IMG/VR virus record: IMGVR_UViG_3300021425_004041
Coordinates: 1-64,000 of that record
Reading direction: 5' to 3' (one strand)
DNA from: a virus
Taxonomy: Duplodnaviria > Caudoviricetes
DNA: 64,000 nt
In this document: piece by piece, positions 49,358 through 59,353 of the stretch
Numbering within the stretch: position 1 is the first letter of the stretch
Layout of the letters: every line of letters starts with the position of its first letter
The notes under the pieces: generated by a model
What the model was told of the DNA's origin: nothing
What the model saw: only the letters and a program-made list of their open reading frames with translations
The model's database searches: none
Made by a program: the position numbers and the translations under genes

Positions 49358-50764
49358 ATGACAAATATATCTAAAACATTTTGTGTTTTACCTTGGATAC
49401 ATTTAAGCAGTCGGCCAGATGGTAAAATGCGAACTTGTTGCACGTCTAACGCAAGTTCAGTGCAAAGTTCTGACAGTAGTAAGAAAATTGGAGGAGGAGA
49501 AGTAGGAGTAGTAAAAAATGACGACGGTATACCTGCAAATTTTAATCATACTTCTTTAGAAAATGCATGGAATTCTTCTTATATGCGTAATGTTAGAAAA
49601 AAAATGCTTGCAGGAGAAAAACCTGACAGTTGTTTGAAATGTTATAAAGAAGAAGATGCAGGACATTTAAGTAAAAGAAATTGGGAAACTGAATACTGGA
49701 GTCATAGATATGATATTGGCAAGCTAATCAAGGATACTAATGCTGACGGAACTATACCTACAAAAATTAGATATATTGATTTACGTATGGGTTCAAAATG
49801 TCAACTTGCTTGTGTTATGTGCTCTCCGCATGATAGCTCTGGATGGATAACTGATTGGCAATCAATATATCCTAAAATAGAAAATAAAAAATTAAAAAAT
49901 ACAAGTCAATGGAAAAATAAAGGACAAGTTCACGGCGCAAGTTATAATTGGCATAAAAACAATCCTAAATTTTGGAAAGAATTAATGGAACAAGTTCCTA
50001 ATATGTATCAGTTGTATTTTGCAGGGGGCGAAAGTTTAATAATTGATGAGCATTATGAGCTATTAGAAGAATGTATTAAAAGAAATTATGCAAAAAACAT
50101 TGAATTAAGATATAATTCTAATGCAGTAGAATGGAGAGAAGATTTATTTGATTTGTGGAAGGAATTCAAAAGAGTTAGATTTCATTATAGCATAGACGCA
50201 CATGGAGAGCAAAATGATTACATACGATTTCCTAGTAATTGGACTCATCAAGAGAAAGTGTTTCATTTATTAGATAATTCTCCAGATCAAGTTGAAGTTA
50301 CTACAGCTACTACAATATTAGCTTTAAATATTGCTTATATTCCAGAATTTGTAAAATGGAAAGTTTCTCAAGGATTTAAAAAAATCAATCAATGGCCATT
50401 AGGTGCAGGAGGAATAAATATGCATTTTGCTTATTGGCCTCCTCAATTAAATGTTAAAGTTTTACCAAAAAATATTAAAAAACAAATAACTGAAAAATAT
50501 GAGAAAGAATTTTATCCGTGGATAGATGAAAATTGGAATAAATTTACTGGAGTAGCAGAAAACAATATTTCTTATGATGAATTTCAAAATGCACCATACG
50601 GTAAAAAAAGATTCAAAGGAATTATAAATTTTATGAATGCTGAAGATTGGAGTGAAAGGCTACCTGAAACAAAAGAATATTTAAATTTAGTTAACGAACA
50701 AAGAGGATGGACTAACAAATTTTTACAAGTATTTCCTATTTTTGAGGAGATAATATATGGGTAA
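49358..50764 (+). CDS. Radical SAM enzyme with N-terminal twitch/SPASM-like domain
   Basis: CVLPW...CC...CLKC, then CQLACVMC, AGGES, SN, SID. Confidence 0.92.
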   Translation: MTNISKTFCVLPWIHLSSRPDGKMRTCCTSNASSVQSSDSSKKIGGGEVGVVKNDDGIPANFNHTSLENAWNSSYMRNVRKKMLAGEKPDSCLKCYKEEDAGHLSKRNWETEYWSHRYDIGKLIKDTNADGTIPTKIRYIDLRMGSKCQLACVMCSPHDSSGWITDWQSIYPKIENKKLKNTSQWKNKGQVHGASYNWHKNNPKFWKELMEQVPNMYQLYFAGGESLIIDEHYELLEECIKRNYAKNIELRYNSNAVEWREDLFDLWKEFKRVRFHYSIDAHGEQNDYIRFPSNWTHQEKVFHLLDNSPDQVEVTTATTILALNIAYIPEFVKWKVSQGFKKINQWPLGAGGINMHFAYWPPQLNVKVLPKNIKKQITEKYEKEFYPWIDENWNKFTGVAENNISYDEFQNAPYGKKRFKGIINFMNAEDWSERLPETKEYLNLVNEQRGWTNKFLQVFPIFEEIIYG

Positions 50765-51935
50765 GGGTATTTGCTCTGCAGTTCATCATGGTTTATGTAT
50801 CACTGCTTACGGTGCAGTAAATCCTTGTTGTGCTACAACACAAGATTTTTCTAATTTAGAAAATACTTCAAATCTTGTTGATTATTTTTATAATGATGTA
50901 GAATTAGAAAAAGCTAGGAAAATAGAAATCGAAACCGAAGAATGGTTAGAAGCTTGTAAAGGTTGCGAAATAAAATCAAAATCTGGGCTAGTATCTCGAA
51001 AAGATAAATTTTCTAATTGGTACAGATTCGTAAATCCTAAATGGACAGCAGAAAACAAACACGAGATACTTCATATGGATATAAGTTTTGGAAATTCTTG
51101 TAACCAAAAATGTATTATGTGCAATAGCAACTTTTCAAGTCAATGGTTAGATGATGATTTAGAAATGAAAGAAACTGCTCCATATATAAGGAATTGGAAT
51201 GGACTTAAATTAAAAAATTGGAGTTTGACATATGAGTATTTAGATCAAATTGCACTATTAGTAACAGATAAAACGCAAAAAATAGAAATTAAGGGCGGGG
51301 AACCTTTATATGATAAGAGATTTGAATATTTTGTATTAAAAGTTTTAGAGGTTAATGAGAATGTTATGTTTAATGTTAATACAAATGGTACACATTTTAG
51401 TATGAAAAATATAGAAATGCTGAATAAAATTAAAAATATTAACATTGATATTAGTTTTGACGGTATAAACAAAATATATGAATGGATAAGGGGGACCGAA
51501 TGGAAAAAGTCAGAAGAAAATTTCCAAACATACCTACAACATTGTAAACATTCTTGCAACTTAAATTATACCACTAGTATGTATAATATAGATCATTTTG
51601 AAATTTTTTACAATTGGGCAGCAGATTTATCCGAAAAATATAAAAAAGCTGTTCCTTGTCTTTTTACCCAAGTAGTTATGACTCCATCTTTTCAACAAAT
51701 TATGTACGCTGATAAAAAAAGAATACATCAAGGCTTAGAGCAGATAGAGCGTATTAAATACGATCCTCGAGGAACGCAATCAAGTACTAATTTATTTAGA
51801 CCAAGATTAGAAATTATTCAAAAATATTTAGAAAATCAATTATCTAAAACTGCTGATATTAACATATTTGAAAAAGCACATAATCATTTTGTAAAAATTA
51901 GGGGCTGGGATATAAGAGATTATGTTAACTTGTAA
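50757..51935 (+). CDS. Radical SAM enzyme with N-terminal twitch/SPASM-like domain
   Basis: C...NPCC...CKGC, then CNQKCIMC, KGGEP, TNGT, SFDG. Confidence 0.92.
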   Translation: MGKGICSAVHHGLCITAYGAVNPCCATTQDFSNLENTSNLVDYFYNDVELEKARKIEIETEEWLEACKGCEIKSKSGLVSRKDKFSNWYRFVNPKWTAENKHEILHMDISFGNSCNQKCIMCNSNFSSQWLDDDLEMKETAPYIRNWNGLKLKNWSLTYEYLDQIALLVTDKTQKIEIKGGEPLYDKRFEYFVLKVLEVNENVMFNVNTNGTHFSMKNIEMLNKIKNINIDISFDGINKIYEWIRGTEWKKSEENFQTYLQHCKHSCNLNYTTSMYNIDHFEIFYNWAADLSEKYKKAVPCLFTQVVMTPSFQQIMYADKKRIHQGLEQIERIKYDPRGTQSSTNLFRPRLEIIQKYLENQLSKTADINIFEKAHNHFVKIRGWDIRDYVNL

Positions 51936-53082
51936 GGTACCTTGGATCTCAATTACATTAAGCGGTAATGGAGACATTAAGCCGTGTTGTGTGTTTAAAG
52001 GAGGAGAGCATAGTATTCATAAAGGAGATACGCTTGACTCGACGTGGAAAGATTTTGATAAACTTCGTGAACAATTTATTAAAGGATATAAACCTGATAA
52101 ATGTAATCAATGTTGGAAAAGAGAAGAAACATTAGGATACAGTAGAAGAACATGGTATGATGATAAAATAAAAATTTGGCCAGAAACTTTTGATTTAAAT
52201 CCTACAATGGAATTACGACATATGGATTTAAATTTTGGAAATACTTGTAATTTAAAATGTCGTATGTGTGGTAGTTGGGGCAGTACTGCATGGTTTAAAG
52301 AAGAAGAAAAACTAATGTCTTGTAATCCTGCATTACAAAGAGGAGTATCAAATCTTAAACCTACAATAATACCTGCTGATTATTGGGCTGATAAAAAAAC
52401 GATGTTTCGATTTTTAGAACGAATAGATTTCAAGGGCGGAGAACCGATGATGCAAGAAGGTATGTATGATTTCCTTGAGTATCTTGTTTCATGGGGATAT
52501 GCATCTAACATAACTATTGCTTATACAACAAATGGTACTAAAACTCCTGAAAGGTTAAAAGAGCTTTGGCCAAAGTTTAAGAAAGTAAAATTAGTAATAA
52601 GTGTCGAAGCAACTGGTAAATTGTATGAATATATTAGAGGCGGTGACGTTCAATCTATAGATTCCTTAAAAGATAACATACATTGGTTTGATCAATTTAA
52701 TAATTTAAATGGTAGTTTTAACAGTGCTATACAAATTTATAATATATTTGCTTTACCAAAATTACTTGAATGGTTTAGAGATACTGTAAATGCTAGCAAA
52801 AAATGGCACACAGATCCAAATACTTTTAAATTTGATTGTTTAGTAGTTAATCCGCCGTATTTAGATATAAACATTATGCCAAACAGTTTAAAGAACAAAG
52901 CTATCTCAATAATAGAAGAAAAGAATTATAAAAGCCTTGGTGTTATAAAAAGTGCATTACAGAAAAAAAATACTTTTGATGATTATAACTGGAAATTGTT
53001 TATAGATTTTACCAAACAATTAGATAAAATGCGGCATACAGATATTAAAGAAGTTGTTCCTGAGTTACAGGAGTATTTTTAA
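51922..53082 (+). CDS. Radical SAM enzyme with N-terminal twitch/SPASM-like domain
   Basis: CKVPW...KPCC...CNQC, then CNLKCRMC, KGGEP, TNGT. Confidence 0.92.
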   Translation: MLTCKVPWISITLSGNGDIKPCCVFKGGEHSIHKGDTLDSTWKDFDKLREQFIKGYKPDKCNQCWKREETLGYSRRTWYDDKIKIWPETFDLNPTMELRHMDLNFGNTCNLKCRMCGSWGSTAWFKEEEKLMSCNPALQRGVSNLKPTIIPADYWADKKTMFRFLERIDFKGGEPMMQEGMYDFLEYLVSWGYASNITIAYTTNGTKTPERLKELWPKFKKVKLVISVEATGKLYEYIRGGDVQSIDSLKDNIHWFDQFNNLNGSFNSAIQIYNIFALPKLLEWFRDTVNASKKWHTDPNTFKFDCLVVNPPYLDINIMPNSLKNKAISIIEEKNYKSLGVIKSALQKKNTFDDYNWKLFIDFTKQLDKMRHTDIKEVVPELQEYF

Positions 53083-54296
53083 TGTTTACTTTGAAAAATA
53101 GCTGTGTTTATATGAATAATTTTCCTTTCATTAATAATAAAGGACAATTAAAGCTTTGTTGTAAAAATAATACGTATACAATGGAAGGAAATATCAAAAC
53201 TCATTCGTTAAAAGAAATGTATTTTAGTTCTTTATACAATGAGTTAAGGGATAAAATGTTAGCAGAAAAGGTTATAGAAGGATGTGATATTTGTTATTCA
53301 CAAGAAGCTCGTAACGAAGATAGTTTTAGAATTAGAGCTTTGACAAATATTACTAGAGAAGATAGAGATAAGATAGTTCCCTTTCCAAAAGTAAAGATAC
53401 AAAATTTAGATCTAAGGATAGGTTCTACTTGTAATTTAATGTGTTCAATGTGTCATCCTACAGATAGTAGTAAATGGTATGCAAATTATGAAACATTTGC
53501 AAAAGAAGTTCATAATAAAAGTGACAATCATGTGAACATTATTAAATCAACAAATATTCCAACTGATTTAAATTGGGCAACATATGACGAAAGTTGGGAT
53601 AATATTTTTAAAAGTATTGATGATGAATTAAATTTTGTTTACATTGCGGGAGGAGAGCCTTTTTATATTAAAAAATTTCCTGAGTATTTAACACATTTAA
53701 TTGAAAAATCTCCTAATGCAATAATTGAAATAAACACTAATTCAACTGCTGCTATTCCAGAAAAGTATTTAGATAAATTAAAAGGAAAGTTACAATTACG
53801 TATTAGTATAGATGGTTTTAGAAAAACAGAAGAATATCAACGTGCAGGTACAAATTGGAATGAGAAAATTAAGATAATTGATTCATATTCAAAATATTTT
53901 GAAATTAAATGTTTTGATATTACTCTAACAAGTTTTACTATTAGATCTTTGCCTTCTCTTGTAAGTTTTTTAGAAAATAGATATCCAAAAGTTCGTTTTT
54001 TATTTAGACCTGTTGTAAATAGGCAAGGTCAAGATATTAGAAGTGTACCTAAAAAATTTTTAAGTCATGTAAAAACATTTTGTAAGGAAAAACAAGAAAT
54101 AATTAATGAAAATAAGGAAATGCGCTGGCATTATAACAATATTAATCAAATTTTAAATTTTTTAAATCAAGATTATATTGATGAAAAAGAAACATTACAA
54201 AAACTTGTAAAATATTGGGATGATTTAACAGGAATACATTTTAAATCTTTTGATACAGAATTTGGAAATTGGATAAATGAAAACCATAGCAGTTGA
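53082..54296 (+). CDS. Radical SAM enzyme with N-terminal twitch/SPASM-like domain
   Basis: C...LCC...CDIC, then CNLMCSMC, AGGEP, TN, SIDG. Confidence 0.92.
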   Translation: MFTLKNSCVYMNNFPFINNKGQLKLCCKNNTYTMEGNIKTHSLKEMYFSSLYNELRDKMLAEKVIEGCDICYSQEARNEDSFRIRALTNITREDRDKIVPFPKVKIQNLDLRIGSTCNLMCSMCHPTDSSKWYANYETFAKEVHNKSDNHVNIIKSTNIPTDLNWATYDESWDNIFKSIDDELNFVYIAGGEPFYIKKFPEYLTHLIEKSPNAIIEINTNSTAAIPEKYLDKLKGKLQLRISIDGFRKTEEYQRAGTNWNEKIKIIDSYSKYFEIKCFDITLTSFTIRSLPSLVSFLENRYPKVRFLFRPVVNRQGQDIRSVPKKFLSHVKTFCKEKQEIINENKEMRWHYNNINQILNFLNQDYIDEKETLQKLVKYWDDLTGIHFKSFDTEFGNWINENHSS

Positions 54297-55023
54297 GCAT
54301 AGTAGTCCTAATCAAAGTAAAATTTTTAAAATAGAATGGAATTTAGGAAAACGTTGTAATTTTAATTGTAGCTATTGTGATGAATATACTCATGATAATT
54401 ATAGTAAGCATATACCTTTTGATATAGCAAAAAAAACTATAGATAAAATTATGGCTAAAACGCAAAATAAAAAAATTAAAATAAATTTAACAGGCGGAGA
54501 ACCTACGGTAAATCCTGATATTGAAGAAATAATTTCTTATATGTATGATAATAATATAGATATAGGAATAACAACAAATGGAAGTAGGAAGCTAAATTTT
54601 TATCAAAAAATCCTGCCAAAATTAGCAAGCTTAATATTTAGTTATCATATGGAATATCATGCAAGAGAAGTCCTTCCGGAAAATATTGTTGAAATATATA
54701 ATCTTGCTCAACAACAAAAAAAATATATTCACGTGCATGTTCATATGATGATGCTACCTACAAAATTTGATGAAGCAATTAATGCGTTTGATTTTTTTAA
54801 ACAGAATTCAGTTCCTGTTGTCATGCGCCGAATTAGACCAGCTTACAAAAAGGATAATGATGCAATTTATGAAAATAAAAAACTTATAGCTGGTAATATT
54901 GCAAGGCCTTTTTATGACGGTGTTGTTACATTGAAAATGACCCCAAATGGGCCAGATTATTCAGGTGCTGATGATTATTATAGTAATGATGAGATAACAT
55001 ATTTAGAAAATAACAATGTATAA
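54277..55023 (+). CDS. Radical SAM core domain (no auxiliary domain in this ORF)
   Basis: WNLGKRCNFNCSYC, TGGEP, TTNGSR, SYH.EY. Confidence 0.9.
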   Translation: MKTIAVEHSSPNQSKIFKIEWNLGKRCNFNCSYCDEYTHDNYSKHIPFDIAKKTIDKIMAKTQNKKIKINLTGGEPTVNPDIEEIISYMYDNNIDIGITTNGSRKLNFYQKILPKLASLIFSYHMEYHAREVLPENIVEIYNLAQQQKKYIHVHVHMMMLPTKFDEAINAFDFFKQNSVPVVMRRIRPAYKKDNDAIYENKKLIAGNIARPFYDGVVTLKMTPNGPDYSGADDYYSNDEITYLENNNV

Positions 55024-55405
55024 AATACTTAAAAATCAAAATAAAGCAGGTAGTTTTACGAATGTCGCTACTATAAGAAAAGATGGAAATGATATTTTTT
55101 ATGTAGAAGAAAATGTAAATGATATCACTGTAAGGCGAGAAAATCAGTATAAAGGTTGGTTGTGCTGGTCAGGTATCGAAAGTTTAATGATAGATGCAGA
55201 CGGAAATGTTTTTACTGCAACTTGTAGGACAAAAAAGTTAGGCAACATATATACCGAGTTTACTCTACCCGATGAACCCATTATATGTACAAAAAATTGG
55301 TGTGCTTGTGCAGCCGATTTAAATACAAGTAAAGCAATTGATATAGAATCAGCAAAATTATTAAGGAGGGCTAATAATGCATATTCTCGAACGTTGGGAA
55401 GCTAG
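55016..55405 (+). CDS. Stand-alone SPASM/twitch-like Fe-S domain
   Basis: CWSGIESLMIDADGNVF.ATC...LGNI...C...WCAC; overlaps upstream radical SAM by 8 nt. Confidence 0.75.
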   Translation: MYKILKNQNKAGSFTNVATIRKDGNDIFYVEENVNDITVRRENQYKGWLCWSGIESLMIDADGNVFTATCRTKKLGNIYTEFTLPDEPIICTKNWCACAADLNTSKAIDIESAKLLRRANNAYSRTLGS

Positions 55406-55982
55406 AAGAACAGAACGATGGTTTTCAGATACACCTATAGAAGAAGAAAAAATTAAAATATTATGTAATATTATACCGTGTATTCCCGCTCAACAAGGAG
55501 AAGCAGATCATTTTTGGTTTTGTATTTCACGTAAAGAAATAAGACTTAGAACTTTTATTTCCGTTAATGTCTTTCAAAATAATAACGAAGATGGAAATTT
55601 TGGTTTTGGATCTGTTTATTCAGCTCCTTTTATGTTTCTCTCATGTGATAATCAAGCCAGTAGTTGTAATAATGCTTGTTTAAATATAGGGCTGCATACA
55701 GGCGTATTGCTTTCTGTTGCGCTTGAGCTAGGTTTAGATGTTGCTACAATAGGATGCACGGCTGGTTTCAATACAGATAAAGTTTCAGAGTTTAATACAC
55801 TCATAAGGCAATGTAGATCTATACCCGGAGCTAAAGAATTATATCCTGTTACAGCAGTTTGTGTTGGTTATAAAGATAGGAAATATGCTAATAGAAATTA
55901 TATTCAGATACATGGAAAATATGTTGCAACACAGTTATCTAAGCCCTATCGAAGGAAACCTAACAATTTTATAGGAAAATAA
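55377..55982 (+). CDS. Nitroreductase-family flavoprotein
   Basis: RRTERWFSD.PI, P.Q, APF, G...ALELGL..ATIGC, AVCVGY nitroreductase pattern. Confidence 0.7.
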   Translation: MHILERWEARRTERWFSDTPIEEEKIKILCNIIPCIPAQQGEADHFWFCISRKEIRLRTFISVNVFQNNNEDGNFGFGSVYSAPFMFLSCDNQASSCNNACLNIGLHTGVLLSVALELGLDVATIGCTAGFNTDKVSEFNTLIRQCRSIPGAKELYPVTAVCVGYKDRKYANRNYIQIHGKYVATQLSKPYRRKPNNFIGK

Positions 55983-55983
55983 A

Positions 55984-57273
55984 ATGGATTATAAAGAAAA
56001 AGCATTGTCTAGTAGTACATTTTGTCTATTGCCTTTTATACATATGGCAACAAAAACTGACGGGGACTTAAAGTTATGTTGTAGAAGTTGGCCAATTGGT
56101 AATATATCTAAACAAAGTATAAAAAGTTTATGGAATGGTAATACATACAAAAGGGTAAGAATGCAAATGTTAAACAGTCAACGCCCTCCAGAATGTGATG
56201 CATGTTGGCGTCATGAAGACATAGGTGTCACAAGTATGCGACAAAGATACAATAAATCAAGATCAAAGCAATACCTAAATACCTTAGATAATTTGTCAGA
56301 TAATTATACAATGCCTTTACAAATTCCTATAATAGAAGCCAAATTAAGTAACTTTTGTAATTTAAAATGTAGAATGTGTCATCCATTAGACAGTACAAGT
56401 TGGAGTAAGGATTGGAAAGCAATTGAGCATTTGATGAAGGATGCAAATGAAAGCACATATAAAAAAGTTATAGAATATGATTTAACAGAAAAACCTTATA
56501 TAAATGCTTATGAAAATAATAATGAATTTTGGAGTGAATTTAAAGAAATTGCTCCGTTTTTAGATAGGATAGAATTTGCAGGGGGAGAACCACTTATTGA
56601 TCCCGTGCATTATAAAATTTTACATATACTTAAAGATTATGGAGATAATATAGAAATTAAGTATTCTACAAATTTAACTAGATTGAATTACAAGAAAGAT
56701 GATGTAGAAGTGCTTTGGAATTACTTTAAATGTATTGATTTAAATATTAGTATTGACGGTATATATGATGTTTATAATTACATAAGACAGTTAGGTGATT
56801 ATAATATTGTAAAAGAAAATATAAAAAAAATATCTAATCATAAAAAATTGCGTTATATAGGCGCAGCTATTACTTTACAAATTTATAATAGTTTTCAAAT
56901 ACCTGCCATGTTTGACGAATTTGTAGAGGAATGTAATATTGACATACATACTCATAGAGTAAATTATCCTAAATTTTTAGATGCAAGGGTTATACCACAA
57001 GATATACGAAATAGTATTATAAAAGATCTAGAAAAATATATACATACTGTATCACAAAAAACCCATACAAATTGGACAAAAGAAAGGAAAAATAAGGCTA
57101 TATCTCATTTAGAGGACGCAATAGCTATGTTTAAAGGAGGAGATATGTCAGCGCAAATAAACAATTTTATAGAATTTAGCGATATATTAGATAAAAAACA
57201 AGAGGTTAAAAAGACGTGGAGAGAATTGCTGCCAATATTAGTAAAAGGTATTAATAAAAATGATCACAGCTAA
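55984..57273 (+). CDS. Radical SAM enzyme with N-terminal twitch/SPASM-like domain
   Basis: CLLPF...LCC...CDAC, then CNLKCRMC, AGGEP, STN, SIDG. Confidence 0.92.
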   Translation: MDYKEKALSSSTFCLLPFIHMATKTDGDLKLCCRSWPIGNISKQSIKSLWNGNTYKRVRMQMLNSQRPPECDACWRHEDIGVTSMRQRYNKSRSKQYLNTLDNLSDNYTMPLQIPIIEAKLSNFCNLKCRMCHPLDSTSWSKDWKAIEHLMKDANESTYKKVIEYDLTEKPYINAYENNNEFWSEFKEIAPFLDRIEFAGGEPLIDPVHYKILHILKDYGDNIEIKYSTNLTRLNYKKDDVEVLWNYFKCIDLNISIDGIYDVYNYIRQLGDYNIVKENIKKISNHKKLRYIGAAITLQIYNSFQIPAMFDEFVEECNIDIHTHRVNYPKFLDARVIPQDIRNSIIKDLEKYIHTVSQKTHTNWTKERKNKAISHLEDAIAMFKGGDMSAQINNFIEFSDILDKKQEVKKTWRELLPILVKGINKNDHS

Positions 57274-58624
57274 ACAACAAAGAGAAATTTTGCAATTTGG
57301 TTCTGTTGCTGTAACCTATGTTGCAGAAAAAGAACATAGATACAGTGATAAAGTTTTTGCCAGACTTTGTAAAAATGTGGCAGAATATGATGTTATTCAT
57401 CTTATAAAAAATGGAATTGCAGCGTCTATAGAAAACAGTTTAGTAGATAGTCTAAAATTTGCAAAAGCATATGACAAAAAATTTCTTTTATATTGCCAAG
57501 TAGGAAATTTAATTATTTGGGAAGAGATTGCAGAGCATTTAAAAGAAATTTTATTATTAAATCCTACGGTAAAATTTATAGGACATATTTTACAGCATAA
57601 TAATAAAAGTTTTTATATTCATCCTCAATTTTTTTTAATAGATGTGAAATGGGCTATTAGTAACAAATGCGTTACCATTTGTAATGAGCATTCGGATATT
57701 AAGTGGGAAGGCCCGTTATTAAGCAGGAGTAAAGAAAATTTTCATGATAATTACACTCCTATTTGGGTGCAGGCTACAGGTAAATATAAAAATTTTGTTG
57801 GAAGAGGTAAAGGAGCAAATATTATTGATATATTGGCACGATCTGCTGCAGATTTTATGCCTTGGCAAGTGAATGTTAGAAAAAATAAAAAATTTTTGTA
57901 TCCTACAGTAAAACAAGAATTAATTAAACAAAAAAATGAGATTTTTGAGGAAATGTTGTTTACTAGACCGTATGTTGCTAATACAGAAAATATTACACCT
58001 AAAGCAATGTTATCAAACATAAATCCAAAAATAAAGTTTAATATATCTTTTTCTCCTGCTAGTGGAATATTTTGGTTTTTATTACCTTATTACTTAAAGG
58101 TCACGTCGTTTGTTTATGATTCGTCGCCATATGCACTACGTATGGTTGAAAAAATTAGAATGGATTGGAATGGTAGGAATTATAAAGAGTTTGTAATTAA
58201 AAATTTTTTAAACGAAAGTCCTAATATAGGTTTGTATGCCGCTCATACAGGACCATTTTTAGATCAAGCAAATGATCTGATTGATTCTTTAGGGGAGGAT
58301 TTTGTTAGATGGTGGCATAAAAATAATAAAGGTCCTTTACGACAAGTTAATTTATGTAATTTTTCTAATTTTCAAAGATTATTAGTAGATGATCATAAAA
58401 ATTTAAATGTTTTTTTTAATTTTTCTAATATTTTTCATTTTAGACCAGTAGCTGTTTTTAATAGTTTACAAGAAAGGGTTAATTTGCTGAAGGAGCTAAG
58501 AAATTTTATGTTAGAAAATTATAAATTTGTACATTTTCTTGGTACATCTCCTATTGGAAAAGACAAGATAGATGGAGATATAATTGATGGAAAATTAGTT
58601 TGCCCCCTAAAATTATTCGAATAA
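57260..58624 (+). CDS. Hypothetical protein (454 aa)
   Basis: Long AT-rich ORF coupled to upstream gene; no family confidently recognised. Confidence 0.7.
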   Translation: MITAKQQREILQFGSVAVTYVAEKEHRYSDKVFARLCKNVAEYDVIHLIKNGIAASIENSLVDSLKFAKAYDKKFLLYCQVGNLIIWEEIAEHLKEILLLNPTVKFIGHILQHNNKSFYIHPQFFLIDVKWAISNKCVTICNEHSDIKWEGPLLSRSKENFHDNYTPIWVQATGKYKNFVGRGKGANIIDILARSAADFMPWQVNVRKNKKFLYPTVKQELIKQKNEIFEEMLFTRPYVANTENITPKAMLSNINPKIKFNISFSPASGIFWFLLPYYLKVTSFVYDSSPYALRMVEKIRMDWNGRNYKEFVIKNFLNESPNIGLYAAHTGPFLDQANDLIDSLGEDFVRWWHKNNKGPLRQVNLCNFSNFQRLLVDDHKNLNVFFNFSNIFHFRPVAVFNSLQERVNLLKELRNFMLENYKFVHFLGTSPIGKDKIDGDIIDGKLVCPLKLFE

Positions 58625-58633
58625 ATAAAATAT

Positions 58634-59353
58634 ATGGATAAAAATATAATAGATTTATTTGAAAAGAACAAATCAATTGGTCATTATTCTAAAGGTGTGC
58701 CTGCCTTGCCAAAAGAAATGATTCCTTGGCAAGGCAATTATGATCAAGCTGCAATGTGGATAATAAAAAATAGTTATATACCTACTTTACTTTTAGATTT
58801 AGAAATTCCATTTAATGAAATGCTTGCAGAATCTGTAACCAATGACGAATATTACGTAAAACATAGAGGTAATAGATCACCTGGGTGGTATAGCATGGCT
58901 ATACATGGAACTGCAGTAAACCATACCCAACCTGCAGAATATTATTACAAAAAAAATAAACCTAAATATGATTGGACTGATTTAGCAGAAAAATGTCCTA
59001 TAACAAAAGATTGGTTAAAAAGTTTAGAATTTGAATCTTTTAGTAGGGTTAGATTTATGAAATTATCTCCAGGAGGATGGATAGAACCACATCAAGATAC
59101 ACATATTGCAGGAATTCAGGCATGGAATGTTGCTTTGAATCATCCCCCAGGACATGAATTTGTAATGGATAATTATGGGTTGGTTCCTTGGCAAGAAGGG
59201 CAAGTTAGAGGAATAGATATTAGTTCTTTGCACAGTGTAAGAAATGTAGGAAAAAAGGATAGAATACATATAATTATTCATGGTAGTATTGGAGATAAAT
59301 TTAAAAAGATAATTTGTAAAAGTTATTTAGATCTGTATGAAAAAACCTATTGA
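58634..59353 (+). CDS. Aspartyl/asparaginyl beta-hydroxylase-like 2OG-Fe(II) oxygenase
   Basis: RVRFMKLSPGGWIEPHQD (HxD), distal HSVRN and RIHIIIH. Confidence 0.8.
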   Translation: MDKNIIDLFEKNKSIGHYSKGVPALPKEMIPWQGNYDQAAMWIIKNSYIPTLLLDLEIPFNEMLAESVTNDEYYVKHRGNRSPGWYSMAIHGTAVNHTQPAEYYYKKNKPKYDWTDLAEKCPITKDWLKSLEFESFSRVRFMKLSPGGWIEPHQDTHIAGIQAWNVALNHPPGHEFVMDNYGLVPWQEGQVRGIDISSLHSVRNVGKKDRIHIIIHGSIGDKFKKIICKSYLDLYEKTY

